DNA of 64,000 nucleotides, from IMG/VR virus record IMGVR_UViG_2877705454_000002, positions 3,933 through 67,932 of that record. One strand, 5' to 3'. Origin of the DNA: a virus (Duplodnaviria; Caudoviricetes). The position numbers were made by a program, and so were the translations under genes. The notes beneath the pieces are model-generated. The model did not search any database. It was not told the DNA's origin and saw nothing but the letters and a program-made list of their open reading frames with translations. This document shows positions 1 through 9,147 of the stretch, in pieces (within the stretch, counting starts at the first letter, position 1; every line of letters starts with the position of its first letter).

Positions 1-231
1 GACGTCTACCGGGCCGCGCACGCCGCGGGCCACCTCACGGACGACCTGATCGCGGCGCTTAAGCAACGCGCGGACGAGGTCAAGGCAGAGGAAAAGAAGC
101 GCGCCGAGGGTGCCGCCTCCGGCAACGACGAGGGCCCGGACGACGAGGGCGTGTACACGGCCGAGGTCGTCGACGACGGCCCGCGCGAGCCGGCCACGTG
201 GCCGACGGCCGCGCAGCCCGGCAGCAGGTAG
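1..231 (+). CDS. 3' end of a phage protein (partial; acidic tail, possibly a recombination protein)
   Basis: Open frame 1 DVYRAAHAAGHL...AAQPGSR* ending in TAG at 229-231. Confidence 0.55.
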   Translation, partial: DVYRAAHAAGHLTDDLIAALKQRADEVKAEEKKRAEGAASGNDEGPDDEGVYTAEVVDDGPREPATWPTAAQPGSR

Positions 232-295
232 TCCACCCAGCACCCGGCGGCCGCACCCGTAATGCGGCCGCCGGGCTCACCTAGGAGACCACACC

Positions 296-1027
296 ATGAA
301 CCAGCCCACCCCGTGGCACCTCGGCCGACTGGCCGGATTCGATACCGAGACCACCGGCGTCGACGTCGAGACGGACCGTATCGTCACCGCGTGCATCGTC
401 GAGGTCGGCGGCAAGCAGCAGCCGATCACCGCGAACTGGCTCCTCAACCCGGGCGTCGACATCCCCGAGGAGGCCACCGCCGTCCACGGCGTAACCACAG
501 CGAAGGCGAAGGCCGACGGCGAGGACGCAGCCGAGGCAATCGAGGAGCTGATCGCCGGACTCACGCAGGTGATCCTCGCGGGGACCCCGCTCGTCATCAT
601 GAACGCCCCGTTCGACCTGACCCTGTTGGACAGGGAGGCCCGACGGTACGGCGTGCAGCCCCTCACCGAGGTGGTGGGCGACGAACTGCAGGTGATCGAC
701 CCCCGCGTCCTCGACAAGGGCGTCGACCCGTACCGGCGCGGCAAGCGGACACTGACCGACCTGTGCGCCCACTATCACGTCGCTCTGGATGGGGCGCACT
801 CCGCAGACGCGGACGCGATTGCCGCGTGCCGGGTCGCATGGCGGATCGCCTCCAGGTTCAGGGAGATCGGCAACGCGCTCCTCCACGAACTCCACGACCA
901 GCAGCAGGACTGGGCGGCCGCGCAGGCGGCGTCGTTCCAGGAGTACCTGCGGCAGAAAGATCCAGCCGCGGTCGTCAACGGGCAGTGGCCACTGATCCCG
1001 GCGCAGCAGGACGGAGGCGCCCGATGA
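296..1027 (+). CDS. DnaQ-like DEDDh 3'-5' exonuclease
   Basis: FDTETTG (ExoI), NAPFD (ExoII), HSADAD (ExoIII); AGGAG RBS. Confidence 0.92.
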   Translation: MNQPTPWHLGRLAGFDTETTGVDVETDRIVTACIVEVGGKQQPITANWLLNPGVDIPEEATAVHGVTTAKAKADGEDAAEAIEELIAGLTQVILAGTPLVIMNAPFDLTLLDREARRYGVQPLTEVVGDELQVIDPRVLDKGVDPYRRGKRTLTDLCAHYHVALDGAHSADADAIAACRVAWRIASRFREIGNALLHELHDQQQDWAAAQAASFQEYLRQKDPAAVVNGQWPLIPAQQDGGAR

Positions 1028-1653
1028 GCCTCCTACCGTTCGTTTCCCGCCGTCGGCACGACGCCCTGATCAAATCCCTGCGCGCCGACAACGCCCGCCT
1101 CCGTGACCAGCGCGACCGCGCCCGCCAGGACAAGGAGACCGCCGAGTTCACCCGCGGGCGCATCCTGCGCCAGCTCGCGGACGCAGACTCCGCGAACAAG
1201 CGGCTGCACGACCGAACCCTCGAACTCGGCCGCCGCATCAGCCGGCTGACGGAGTCGGACCCGGACCACCTCGCTGGGCTGGAGGACCGCGTCGCCCGTC
1301 TCCAGAAGGGTGTGGCCCGCTACCTGCCCGCGCTGTGGCAGGCGCGCGCCGAGGTCCGCGAGCTGACTGACCTTGCGGTGAAGGCGGCCAGGCAGCTCGA
1401 CCGCATGGAGGAGCGCGTCCGGGCCGCTCGTGAGGAAGGCCGCCGAGCCGCGCTCACGGTGTCCGCGGACGAGCGAGAGAAAGCGCCGTTGGACGGTGCG
1501 CCGCTGGTGCGCCGCGAGGGGCCGTCGGCGCGGCTGAGGCGGGCGGAGGAACGCTGCCGTCTGCTGGACGAGCGGGTCAGCGAGTTGCAGACGTCGCATG
1601 TTGCGGACACCCGGGAGCTGCACGACCTCCGCCAGAACGGGGCCACATCATGA
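1024..1653 (+). CDS. Coiled-coil phage protein
   Basis: ATGA overlap with the upstream gene; MSLLPFVSRRR..., heptad-rich. Confidence 0.7.
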   Translation: MSLLPFVSRRRHDALIKSLRADNARLRDQRDRARQDKETAEFTRGRILRQLADADSANKRLHDRTLELGRRISRLTESDPDHLAGLEDRVARLQKGVARYLPALWQARAEVRELTDLAVKAARQLDRMEERVRAAREEGRRAALTVSADEREKAPLDGAPLVRREGPSARLRRAEERCRLLDERVSELQTSHVADTRELHDLRQNGATS

Positions 1654-1964
1654 CCGGCACCGCGCAGGTGGGGCTTGCTGTTCTCGCGCTGGCCTTCGTC
1701 ATGGTCGTCCTCGTCATCCGCTGGGCACTCACCCCCCTTCCGGCAGCAGGCCGACACCGCGGCAGTCGCCGGCCGGTCGAGGAGTTTGTGCCCGGCCACC
1801 ATCTGATCCCGGCGCTCGCGGTCCACGGGCCGGGCTGGCCGGTCGCCGCGTTCGGGTACTGCGCCGGCTGCCGTGCGGAAGTACCGGTCGCCGTCCACGC
1901 GGGCGCCCACCGCTGCGACGCCCACGGACACGTCACCATCCATACGGCAGGGGGCGCCCGGTGA
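1650..1964 (+). CDS. Small membrane protein with CxxC
   Basis: N-terminal hydrophobic helix, coupled start/stop. Confidence 0.65.
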   Translation: MTGTAQVGLAVLALAFVMVVLVIRWALTPLPAAGRHRGSRRPVEEFVPGHHLIPALAVHGPGWPVAAFGYCAGCRAEVPVAVHAGAHRCDAHGHVTIHTAGGAR

Positions 1965-2629
1965 AGCGCACTGTTCTCGACCTGTACTGCTGCCAGGGCG
2001 GAGCCACCGCCGGCTACCAGGCCGCCGGATACACCGTGGTCGGTGTCGACCTCGACGACCAGCCCCGCTACATCGGCGACGAATTCTGGCAGTCCGACGC
2101 GATCAGCTTCCTCACCGTCCACGCCGACTGGATCCGCCGTGAGGTCGCGTTCGTCCACGCATCCCCGCCGTGCCAGTTCGACTCCGACTGCCAGCGGATC
2201 CAGGACAACGAGCACCCGGACCTGATCGAGCCCACCCGTGTGGCGCTCGAAGACCTCGGCCTGCCGTATGTGATCGAGAACGTGGGCGGGGCGGTTCCGA
2301 AGCTGCGGGAGCCGGTGATGCTGTGCGGTGCCATGTTCGGCCTGGCCCGCACGTACCGGCACCGCTACTTCTCTACCGGCGGCTGGGCCCTCCCGCAGCC
2401 CGGACACCCGGAGCACGCAGTCCGCCAGGTGAAGCTCGGCCGTTCCGCCCTCAACGGCGAGGCCATCCAGGCGATCGGGAACTTCGCCGGCGTCGGCATC
2501 ATCCGCAGCGAGTGGGGTGTGCCGTGGATGAACCGGGACGGCATCCGCGAAGCGATCCCGCCCGCCTACGCGGAGTGGATCGGCCGCCAGTTCGCCGGGC
2601 ACCTGGCCGCCAAGGAGGTAGCCGCGTGA
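1961..2629 (+). CDS. Short C5 cytosine DNA methyltransferase (copy 1)
   Basis: LDLYCCQGG (motif I), SPPCQ (IV), VIENV (VI), RHRYF (VIII), AIPP (X). Confidence 0.88.
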   Translation: MKRTVLDLYCCQGGATAGYQAAGYTVVGVDLDDQPRYIGDEFWQSDAISFLTVHADWIRREVAFVHASPPCQFDSDCQRIQDNEHPDLIEPTRVALEDLGLPYVIENVGGAVPKLREPVMLCGAMFGLARTYRHRYFSTGGWALPQPGHPEHAVRQVKLGRSALNGEAIQAIGNFAGVGIIRSEWGVPWMNRDGIREAIPPAYAEWIGRQFAGHLAAKEVAA

Positions 2630-3012
2630 GCCGCTACGACTGGATGGCTGACGCCCGCTGCGCCCAGACGGATCCCGGCCTGTGGCACTCCGACGACGGC
2701 GCCAACTACACCGAGGCCAAACGGATCTGTGCCCGCTGCCCGGTCCGCGCCCAGTGCGCCGCACACACCGCACGTCTCGACCTCGAGGTCACCGCCCACG
2801 ACAAGCACGGGCTGTGGGCCGGGCAGACCAAGAGCCAGCGTGAGGCTGGCCGGGCGAACGCGGAGCGTGAGGAACGGACAGCCGCGATCCTGCGGCTCTT
2901 GAAGCGGGGCGGCATGGAACCGGAAGAGATCGCCGCGCTGGTGGGGTGCAGCCCCCGCACCGTGTGGCGGGTCCAGAAGGCCCACCGTGAGCAGATGGGG
3001 AGGGCCGCGTGA
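2626..3012 (+). CDS. WhiB-family regulator with C-terminal HTH
   Basis: C-x19-C-x2-C-x5-C, GLWAG, then EIAALVGCSPRTVWR. Confidence 0.88.
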   Translation: MSRYDWMADARCAQTDPGLWHSDDGANYTEAKRICARCPVRAQCAAHTARLDLEVTAHDKHGLWAGQTKSQREAGRANAEREERTAAILRLLKRGGMEPEEIAALVGCSPRTVWRVQKAHREQMGRAA

Positions 3013-3284
3013 TGGCGGCGGGTACGGACCTGCCGCGTTTCGACGCGCTCGCCCTCGCCGGGAACACCGCGACGGAAGTGCAGCGGGCCGCCCTCCACGC
3101 CGTACTCGCCGGCACCAGCGTCGGCGAGCGGCAGGAGTTCCTCGACGCCCTCGGCCTGCTCCCCACCACCCGCCACACCACCCACGGCCTGGCCGGCTTC
3201 CAGGCGGGCTGTGTGTGCCGGGACTGCCGCAAAGCCGGACGCGACCACAACCGCAAGCACACCACCCGGGAGGTGACCCCCTGA
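3009..3284 (+). CDS. Hypothetical protein with GCxCxxC motif
   Basis: Translationally coupled ORF. Confidence 0.65.
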   Translation: MMAAGTDLPRFDALALAGNTATEVQRAALHAVLAGTSVGERQEFLDALGLLPTTRHTTHGLAGFQAGCVCRDCRKAGRDHNRKHTTREVTP

Positions 3285-4165
3285 TGCCGTTCACCCAACA
3301 GATCGACCGCGAACCCGTCCTGCGGCTTCTCCGCCTCGGCACCATGACCGAAACCGCCATCGCCAAACAGCTCGGCATCAGCCGGCCCACCGTCCACAAA
3401 ATCCGCACCCAACACGGACTCCCCGCACCACTGCGCGGATCCACACCCAAGCACCCCAGCCTCGAAGCCGCTTACCACGCCCACGCTCAGCCCAGCACAG
3501 ACGGGCACATCCTGTGGACCGGCGGCCGCCGCGGCGACACCCCCGTCATCCAACGCAGGCACACCTCCCACTCCGTCTACCGCATCGCGTTCCGCATCCG
3601 CCACGGCCGCAACCCCGAAGGCCGCGCCACCCTCGCCTGCAACACGCCGGGCTGTGTCGCCGGAGCGCACCTCGAAGACCAGGCGATGCGCAACGCCCGC
3701 CGCCAATACGAGCAGGCGCAGCGCCGCCGCCTCCCGAAGGGGCCGGCCGCCAACGGCACCCGCACAGACGTCCTCGCCCTGATCGGGCAGGGCATGTCGA
3801 ACCGGCAGATCGGCATCTTGCTGCGCACCAACCCGCTGCGCGTGGCCCGGATCCGGGCTGAGGAGGGCATGCCGAACGTGACGCGGGTGGTGGCGCCGCT
3901 GGACGACTGCTGGCGCACCCACACCCGACTGGTTGAGGGCGGGCATGTGGAATGGACGGGGCAGCGCCGTGAAGGGGCGCCCGTTCTCACCTGGCAGAAC
4001 CGCAGTCATCAGGCCCGACGGATCGCGTTCCGGATGGGGCATGGGCGGGAGCCGGAGGGGCGGGTGAAAGCAGGCTGCAACTTCCCGGACTGTGTCGCGC
4101 CCGACCACATGGAAGACGCCCGCCTCCGCGCCCTGTACGCCGCCGTTCTCGGGGCCGTGGCGTGA
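3284..4165 (+). CDS. Tandem (HTH + degenerate HNH-like) x2 DNA-binding protein
   Basis: Two internal repeats: HTH, then GHxxWTG...RIAF..HGR.PEG...C...CV...H.ED. Confidence 0.75.
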   Translation: MPFTQQIDREPVLRLLRLGTMTETAIAKQLGISRPTVHKIRTQHGLPAPLRGSTPKHPSLEAAYHAHAQPSTDGHILWTGGRRGDTPVIQRRHTSHSVYRIAFRIRHGRNPEGRATLACNTPGCVAGAHLEDQAMRNARRQYEQAQRRRLPKGPAANGTRTDVLALIGQGMSNRQIGILLRTNPLRVARIRAEEGMPNVTRVVAPLDDCWRTHTRLVEGGHVEWTGQRREGAPVLTWQNRSHQARRIAFRMGHGREPEGRVKAGCNFPDCVAPDHMEDARLRALYAAVLGAVA

Positions 4166-4455
4166 GCGCCTACACCGGGCAGGTGCCCGACTCGGATCCG
4201 GGTGGGGACTGGCGGTTGCAAGGACTGTGCCGCAGCGAGGACCCCGACAGTTGGTTCCCGGTGGGTGCCACGCCTGCGGCAAAAGCGGCGGAGCGGCATG
4301 CGAAAGCGGTGTGCTGGCGGTGCCCGGTGCGGGTGGTGTGCGGGCGGTGGGCGCTCGACCATCGTGAGCCGGTCGGGGTGTGGGGCGGGTTGTCGGAGGG
4401 CGAGCGTCGGGCGATCCTGCGCCGCCGCGGGGTCCGCCTCCCGGAGATCGCGTGA
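4162..4455 (+). CDS. WhiB-family transcription regulator
   Basis: Four Cys and GVWGGLSE. Confidence 0.93.
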   Translation: MSAYTGQVPDSDPGGDWRLQGLCRSEDPDSWFPVGATPAAKAAERHAKAVCWRCPVRVVCGRWALDHREPVGVWGGLSEGERRAILRRRGVRLPEIA

Positions 4456-4745
4456 GCGCCCGGTGCGCGCACTGGATCGGCGCCGAGCAGCGGTACTGCG
4501 AGGCGACCGAGGGAGTGCGTCTGTACCTTCCCGGGCTTGCCTGCCCGCTCCACACCCCGTCCGCGCTGGCCGGGAAGCCGGAGCCGCAGCCGGGCAAGGG
4601 GCGGCTGCCGGGGGCGTGGACGACGCCGTCGCCGATCAGCGACTCGCGGGTCCATGACGCGCGTGCGATCGCGTCCGGGAAGCGCCGGTCCTCGCCTCAC
4701 ACCTACCGGGCGGCGCAGGCCGCCGTCGACCACAAGACCAACTGA
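4452..4745 (+). CDS. Hypothetical phage protein
   Basis: GTGA-coupled ORF followed by a GC hairpin at 4749-4784. Confidence 0.65.
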   Translation: MSARCAHWIGAEQRYCEATEGVRLYLPGLACPLHTPSALAGKPEPQPGKGRLPGAWTTPSPISDSRVHDARAIASGKRRSSPHTYRAAQAAVDHKTN

Positions 4746-4809
4746 ATCGGGGCCGCCCCGACTTCCCCCAACCGGGGCGGCCCCACCCCTCGACTGAACG
4801 GAGGACCCC

Positions 4810-5133
4810 ATGCCCGCACAACAACCCACCCTCGACGGCACCCTCCCCACCCCTGCCCCCGACTACCACACCTGGTGCGACCAAGTCCGGCCCGCGTTCG
4901 TCGAAGCCGCGCGCACTGGCCAGCGCTTCACCACCTACGAGATCGCCCGCGAGAACGACCTCCCCGAACCGCCCTGCGCCCGCGCCGACTGGGGCAATTT
5001 CACGCAGTCCCTGGTGCGTGACGGGCTCCTCGAACACTGCGGCTTCGACCGCTCGCTACGTCCCACCGGAGAGCACTCAGCCGTGTCGGTTTGGCGCGGC
5101 ACCCGCGCCGCGCAAGCGGGGAGAGCCGCATGA
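4810..5133 (+). CDS. Hypothetical phage protein
   Basis: GGAGG RBS, 107 aa. Confidence 0.7.
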   Translation: MPAQQPTLDGTLPTPAPDYHTWCDQVRPAFVEAARTGQRFTTYEIARENDLPEPPCARADWGNFTQSLVRDGLLEHCGFDRSLRPTGEHSAVSVWRGTRAAQAGRAA

Positions 5134-5210
5134 ACTGCCCCCGCTGCCACGCCCCGGTCCCGCCCGCCGCCGGCTTCTGCAAGCACTGCACGGCACCCGT
5201 CGGCCAGTAG
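5130..5210 (+). CDS. 26-aa zinc-ribbon microprotein
   Basis: MNCPRCHAPVPPAAGFCKHCTAPVGQ*, ATGA-coupled. Confidence 0.5.
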   Translation: MNCPRCHAPVPPAAGFCKHCTAPVGQ

Positions 5211-5265
5211 CCGCACACGACAACGGGCCCCGTCTGGGGCCCGCGAGGAGAGGAGGGGGACGGTG

Positions 5266-5703
5266 TCAGGACTCGGAGCGCTGCCGCTGCTGGTACGCGC
5301 GGATCTCGCTCTTGATGTACATGCGCACGTCGGCCGCGCGCGCGAGGCCCTTCTCCGCGCACAGCTTGCCGTAGTCCTCCCACGTGTCGTCGTCGATGCG
5401 GACGATGCGCGACGGCTTGGTGCCCTCCTTTGTCGTCACGCCCTCGAAGGGCTGCGGGCTGTCCTGCTTGTTGTAGAGCGGCAGTTCGGCGGCGATCACG
5501 GCGACTTCGGCCGCAGCGGCGTCGGTCCGCGACTCGTGCCACTCGATGCGCTTCTCGGTGACGTCAGGCCACCAGCTCTTGGAAGTGGCGTGCTCCGCCC
5601 AGCGGTTGTCGGGATTGAAGGTGATCCCGACGTAGAGCAACCGCCCCTCGGTGTCGAAGAGGCGGTACAGGGCGGTCCGGCGGGTCATGTCGATACGCGG
5701 CAC
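5266..5703 (-). CDS. GIY-YIG nuclease domain with C-terminal RHH-like domain
   Basis: ALYRLF...LLYVGIT...R..EH...E..VI....PLYN; C-terminal RIVRIDDDTWEDY...DVRMYI. Confidence 0.82.
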   Translation of the reverse strand: MPRIDMTRRTALYRLFDTEGRLLYVGITFNPDNRWAEHATSKSWWPDVTEKRIEWHESRTDAAAAEVAVIAAELPLYNKQDSPQPFEGVTTKEGTKPSRIVRIDDDTWEDYGKLCAEKGLARAADVRMYIKSEIRAYQQRQRSES

Positions 5704-5718
5704 GGGCAGTCTCCTCGG

Positions 5719-5919
5719 TCAGGCCGGGGGACTGTCTCCCCCTGGCTTCTTCTTCTCCTCGATGGCTTCCGCGTCCGGTACGGGCACGATCGCGGCCACG
5801 CGCCGACCCCGGCTGGTCACGTAGGTGATCTGGCCGTAGACGGCGGTGTCGTTCACGACGTCGGACAGCTTGGCCCTCAGGTCGCGGATTCCGATCTCAG
5901 CGCTTGTGTTCGCAGGCAT
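5719..5919 (-). CDS. Phd/YefM-family antitoxin-like protein
   Basis: EIGIRDLRAKLSDVV...TYVTSRGRRVAAIVP. Confidence 0.85.
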   Translation of the reverse strand: MPANTSAEIGIRDLRAKLSDVVNDTAVYGQITYVTSRGRRVAAIVPVPDAEAIEEKKKPGGDSPPA

Positions 5920-6052
5920 ACGCACAGGGTAGCTGAGGTACATCTGCGTACCCAAGTGTACACTAGGGACTACGTCGGGAAGGCGAGGCCCCCCTGAAGG
6001 GGGCGCAGTTCGTCATGCCCTGACCAGTAACACCGGCGAGAAGAGAGACCAC

Positions 6053-6958
6053 GTGAAGATCCGGCGCAGCAGGCTGACGGGGGACTTCCTCCAAGTCCCC
6101 AACGCCACCGTGCGGGACGACCGACTCAGCCACATGGCGCGCGGCATCCTCGTCGAACTCCTCAGCCGACCCGACGGATGGGAGGCGACCGCCGACGACA
6201 TGTGGCGCGCCTCCGTCGCCAAGCACGGCAAGAACAGCCCCGGCCGCCGCGCCTTCCGCGCCGCCTTCGCCGAGCTGAAGGAACACGGCTATCTCTCCGC
6301 CGGCAAGGACGTCCTGTCCGGAGGCCGGTACGGCACCGTGCTCACCCTCACCGACGTACCGCACGCTGGTACGTCGGCGCCACCTGCGGAAACGCGAGAA
6401 ACCGCAGGTCACTCCGACGTGCCGCACGCTGGTACGTCGGAGACCACCACCGACGTACCACCTGCCGGTACGTCGGTCCCACCAGGGCAAATGACCATTC
6501 CCGCAGGTCGCACCGACGTACCGCTTTCCGACGTGCCACACGCTGGTACGTCTAAAGAAGAAAACGGTGAGACGAACACGGGGAAGAACACGACTTCTTC
6601 TTCCGCCGCCGCCAAGCGAGACGACGAAGATCTCTCCGCCTTCGGAGCCTTCTGGATCGTCTACCCCAAGAGCCGCAACCGCCCGGCCACCCTCACCGCC
6701 TGGCGCGAAGCCCTGGCGAAGGGCGCGGACCCGGAGAAGATCGCGGCCGCTGCGCAGGCCTACGCCCGAGAGCGGGCCGGCGAAGACCAGCGCTACACGA
6801 AGTACTCCGCCAACTGGCTGCGTGAAGAGCGCTACGAGGACGACTACGCCTCCGCCCAAGCGCCCGGCGAACGTCCCGCGCTCCGCGCCGTGTCCGGCGG
6901 CTGGCAGCCCTGGCGCAACCCCACCGACCAGTCCGTCTACGACGAACCCCTCATCTAA
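6053..6958 (+). CDS. Phage replication initiator (lambda O-like architecture)
   Basis: N-terminal VPNA..RD.RLS..ARG wHTH, central iteron repeats, C-terminal FW.VYPK...ANWL.E.RYED; upstream of a DnaC-like gene. Confidence 0.85.
   Translation: MKIRRSRLTGDFLQVPNATVRDDRLSHMARGILVELLSRPDGWEATADDMWRASVAKHGKNSPGRRAFRAAFAELKEHGYLSAGKDVLSGGRYGTVLTLTDVPHAGTSAPPAETRETAGHSDVPHAGTSETTTDVPPAGTSVPPGQMTIPAGRTDVPLSDVPHAGTSKEENGETNTGKNTTSSSAAAKRDDEDLSAFGAFWIVYPKSRNRPATLTAWREALAKGADPEKIAAAAQAYARERAGEDQRYTKYSANWLREERYEDDYASAQAPGERPALRAVSGGWQPWRNPTDQSVYDEPLI
6351..6552. repeat. Palindromic iterons CCGACGTRCC-N7-GGTACGTC(GG), putative phage origin
   Basis: Copies at ~6351, 6414, 6450 and 6528 plus a half-site at 6513; followed by an A-rich tract. 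Confidence 0.8.
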
Positions 6959-6969
6959 GGACCCCCAGC

Positions 6970-7755
6970 ATGACCAACCACTGGACCCCACCCAGCCACC
7001 GCCGCCCCAAGCTCGACCTCGCCGCCCTCGGCATCCCCGCCGGCCGCTACATCCTCCCCGACCCCACCGACTTCCTCCTCACCCCCGAAGGCACCAACGA
7101 AGGCGCCGCCCGCATCCACGACTACCTCAACCGCAAGACCGGACACGACACCCTCCAGCCCGCCGAACTCGACTTCGTCCGCCAACACTTCCTCAACGCC
7201 GCCGAAGAACAGCGCCAGAGGGCCATCACCCACTTCGAGTCCAAAGTCCCCCGCCGCTACATCAGCGCCCGCCCCACCGACCTCGCCACCGCCTGGGCCC
7301 ACACCGTCACCACCACCCCCGAGACCACCCGAAGCCTCCTCATCATCGGCCCCACCGGAACCGGCAAAACCCACTACGCCTACTCCGTCCTCCGCGCCCT
7401 CGCCGAAACCGGCGCCGCCCTCAAGTGGGCTGCCTACACCGCCGCCGACCTCTACGCCCAACTCCGCCCCCGCACCGGCCGCGACAGCGAAGCCACCTTC
7501 GAGCAGATCGTCGGCGCCGACGTCCTCTTCGTCGACGACCTCGCCGCCGCCAAACTCACCGAGTGGACCGAAGAGGTCACCTACCGGCTCATCAACCACC
7601 GCTACGAGCAATGCAAGCCCGGCATCTTCACCAGCAACGTCCCGCCCGCCCAACTCCGTGACGCCCTCGGCGAACGCATCGCCTCCCGCCTCACCGAGAT
7701 GTGCGAACGCGTCGCACTCAAGGGCGACGACCGACGCAAGGGGATGGCCGCATGA
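6970..7755 (+). CDS. DnaC/IstB-like AAA+ helicase loader
   Basis: GPTGTGKT Walker A, LFVDDL Walker B, RIASRL. Confidence 0.93.
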   Translation: MTNHWTPPSHRRPKLDLAALGIPAGRYILPDPTDFLLTPEGTNEGAARIHDYLNRKTGHDTLQPAELDFVRQHFLNAAEEQRQRAITHFESKVPRRYISARPTDLATAWAHTVTTTPETTRSLLIIGPTGTGKTHYAYSVLRALAETGAALKWAAYTAADLYAQLRPRTGRDSEATFEQIVGADVLFVDDLAAAKLTEWTEEVTYRLINHRYEQCKPGIFTSNVPPAQLRDALGERIASRLTEMCERVALKGDDRRKGMAA

Positions 7756-8075
7756 GCGAGCCCATCACCCTCTCCGACGCCCGCGCCCTCATGGCCGAGA
7801 ACGACGCCGGCCGATTCATCAAGACCCAGATGGCCGACGCCCAACGCGCCGCCGCCCATCGGCGCGCCCTCGTCCTCCGCCACCCCGACCTCGCCGAACA
7901 GCTCACCAAGCCACCCATCAACCACGCCCGGCCCGACGTCTGGACCGGCTACATCCCACCGGCCACCGACTGCACCGGCGCCATCAACACCGCCGCATGC
8001 CGGCCCGCTCTCCTCGCACTCATCGCCGAAGCCAAACGCCGCACCGCCCCTGTCCAGAAGGGACAAGCCGCATGA
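7752..8075 (+). CDS. Hypothetical phage protein
   Basis: Coupled ORF. Confidence 0.65.
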   Translation: MSEPITLSDARALMAENDAGRFIKTQMADAQRAAAHRRALVLRHPDLAEQLTKPPINHARPDVWTGYIPPATDCTGAINTAACRPALLALIAEAKRRTAPVQKGQAA

Positions 8076-8341
8076 CCGTCGCCCCGCCCGCCGAAGGCAA
8101 GTGCCGCCGCTGCCGACAGACCCGCCCTCTCTTCCCCCGCAAGCCCGACCACGACTGCATCGACACCCTCGGCCGCGTCGACCTCATCGAAGCCGCCCGA
8201 CTGATCGCGGAGATCGAGGACCAGGGCGACCACTGGTGCACCCGCCGTATCGAGGGCCTGCCGAACTACCGGCTCTGCGTCCGCTGCTTCGACGCTGACG
8301 CCGCCGAGGAAGAGGAATTCATCAAGGAGCACGAGCTGTGA
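8072..8341 (+). CDS. Cys-rich hypothetical protein
   Basis: Coupled ORF, two CxxC. Confidence 0.65.
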   Translation: MTVAPPAEGKCRRCRQTRPLFPRKPDHDCIDTLGRVDLIEAARLIAEIEDQGDHWCTRRIEGLPNYRLCVRCFDADAAEEEEFIKEHEL

Positions 8342-8637
8342 CCGTCATCCCGCCCGCGGCGATCGCCGTCATCGCGGCGGCCCTGGACGACTACCGCCTC
8401 ACCACCCCCAGCCACCAGCAAACCCCCCACGGAGCAGCAGAACGCGCCGCCGAATACCTCACAACATCCGGCTGGGGCCTCCACGTCCCCCGCGGCGGCG
8501 AACCCCAACCGCCCTCCCGTGACCGGGCCGCATGCCCGGCCTGCTGCGTCCGCCACCTGATCACCCTGGCCGGCCGCATCCGCCGACACGGACCCCACGG
8601 CCACCCCTGCCCCGGCAGCGGCACCCCCGCCCCCTGA
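8338..8637 (+). CDS. Hypothetical protein (CxxC...H...C)
   Basis: Coupled ORF; stop lies inside repeat copy 1. Confidence 0.65.
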   Translation: MTVIPPAAIAVIAAALDDYRLTTPSHQQTPHGAAERAAEYLTTSGWGLHVPRGGEPQPPSRDRAACPACCVRHLITLAGRIRRHGPHGHPCPGSGTPAP

Positions 8638-8758
8638 CCAGCGGAAACCAACAAGACCACCACACACCACACCCACCCCCAACCAACGACACCACCGCCC
8701 CCCTTTTCCGTGCATGCCATCCATCACCACAGAACGGACACCATGAACACGACAGACG
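8627..8758 (+). repeat. 132-bp direct repeat, copy 1
   Basis: Identical by eye to 12454-12585; includes the start codon and first codons (MNTTD) of the next gene. Confidence 0.92.
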
Positions 8759-9147
8759 CCCACCTGTGGGAAGTCGATCACCCGTACTACTGCTCAGAAG
8801 GGAACTTCTTCAAGACCGGCCAGCACGAGCACTTCGCCTCCTGGCAGGACTTCACCGCCGAGACAGGGTTCGTCGACGGCGACCGCGACATGAACTTCCT
8901 CATCCGCTGGGACTGGCGCAAGCCCGGCCACCACGGCTGGGACGGCGACGAGTACCTGCTGCTGTTTTTCGTCCTCCAACGCAAGGCGTGGCTGCTGTCG
9001 AAGCAGATCCCTGTCACGGAGGCCGACGAACCCGCAGTGCGCGCGTTCCTCGCCGACTGTGCGGCCACGATGCGCGCCGTCTGGGAGCCGCTCCTGGAGC
9101 CCGCCCCTGCCGCTGCTGCCGCCGGCACCACCCAGGACCCGGAATGA
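8743..9147 (+). CDS. Hypothetical phage protein
   Basis: MNTTDAHLWEVDHPYYC... Confidence 0.75.
   Translation: MNTTDAHLWEVDHPYYCSEGNFFKTGQHEHFASWQDFTAETGFVDGDRDMNFLIRWDWRKPGHHGWDGDEYLLLFFVLQRKAWLLSKQIPVTEADEPAVRAFLADCAATMRAVWEPLLEPAPAAAAAGTTQDPE

Noticed and set aside
6351-6552. Palindromic repeats with spacers resembling a CRISPR array
   Set aside because: In-frame within the initiator gene, irregular short spacing, no cas genes; better explained as iterons
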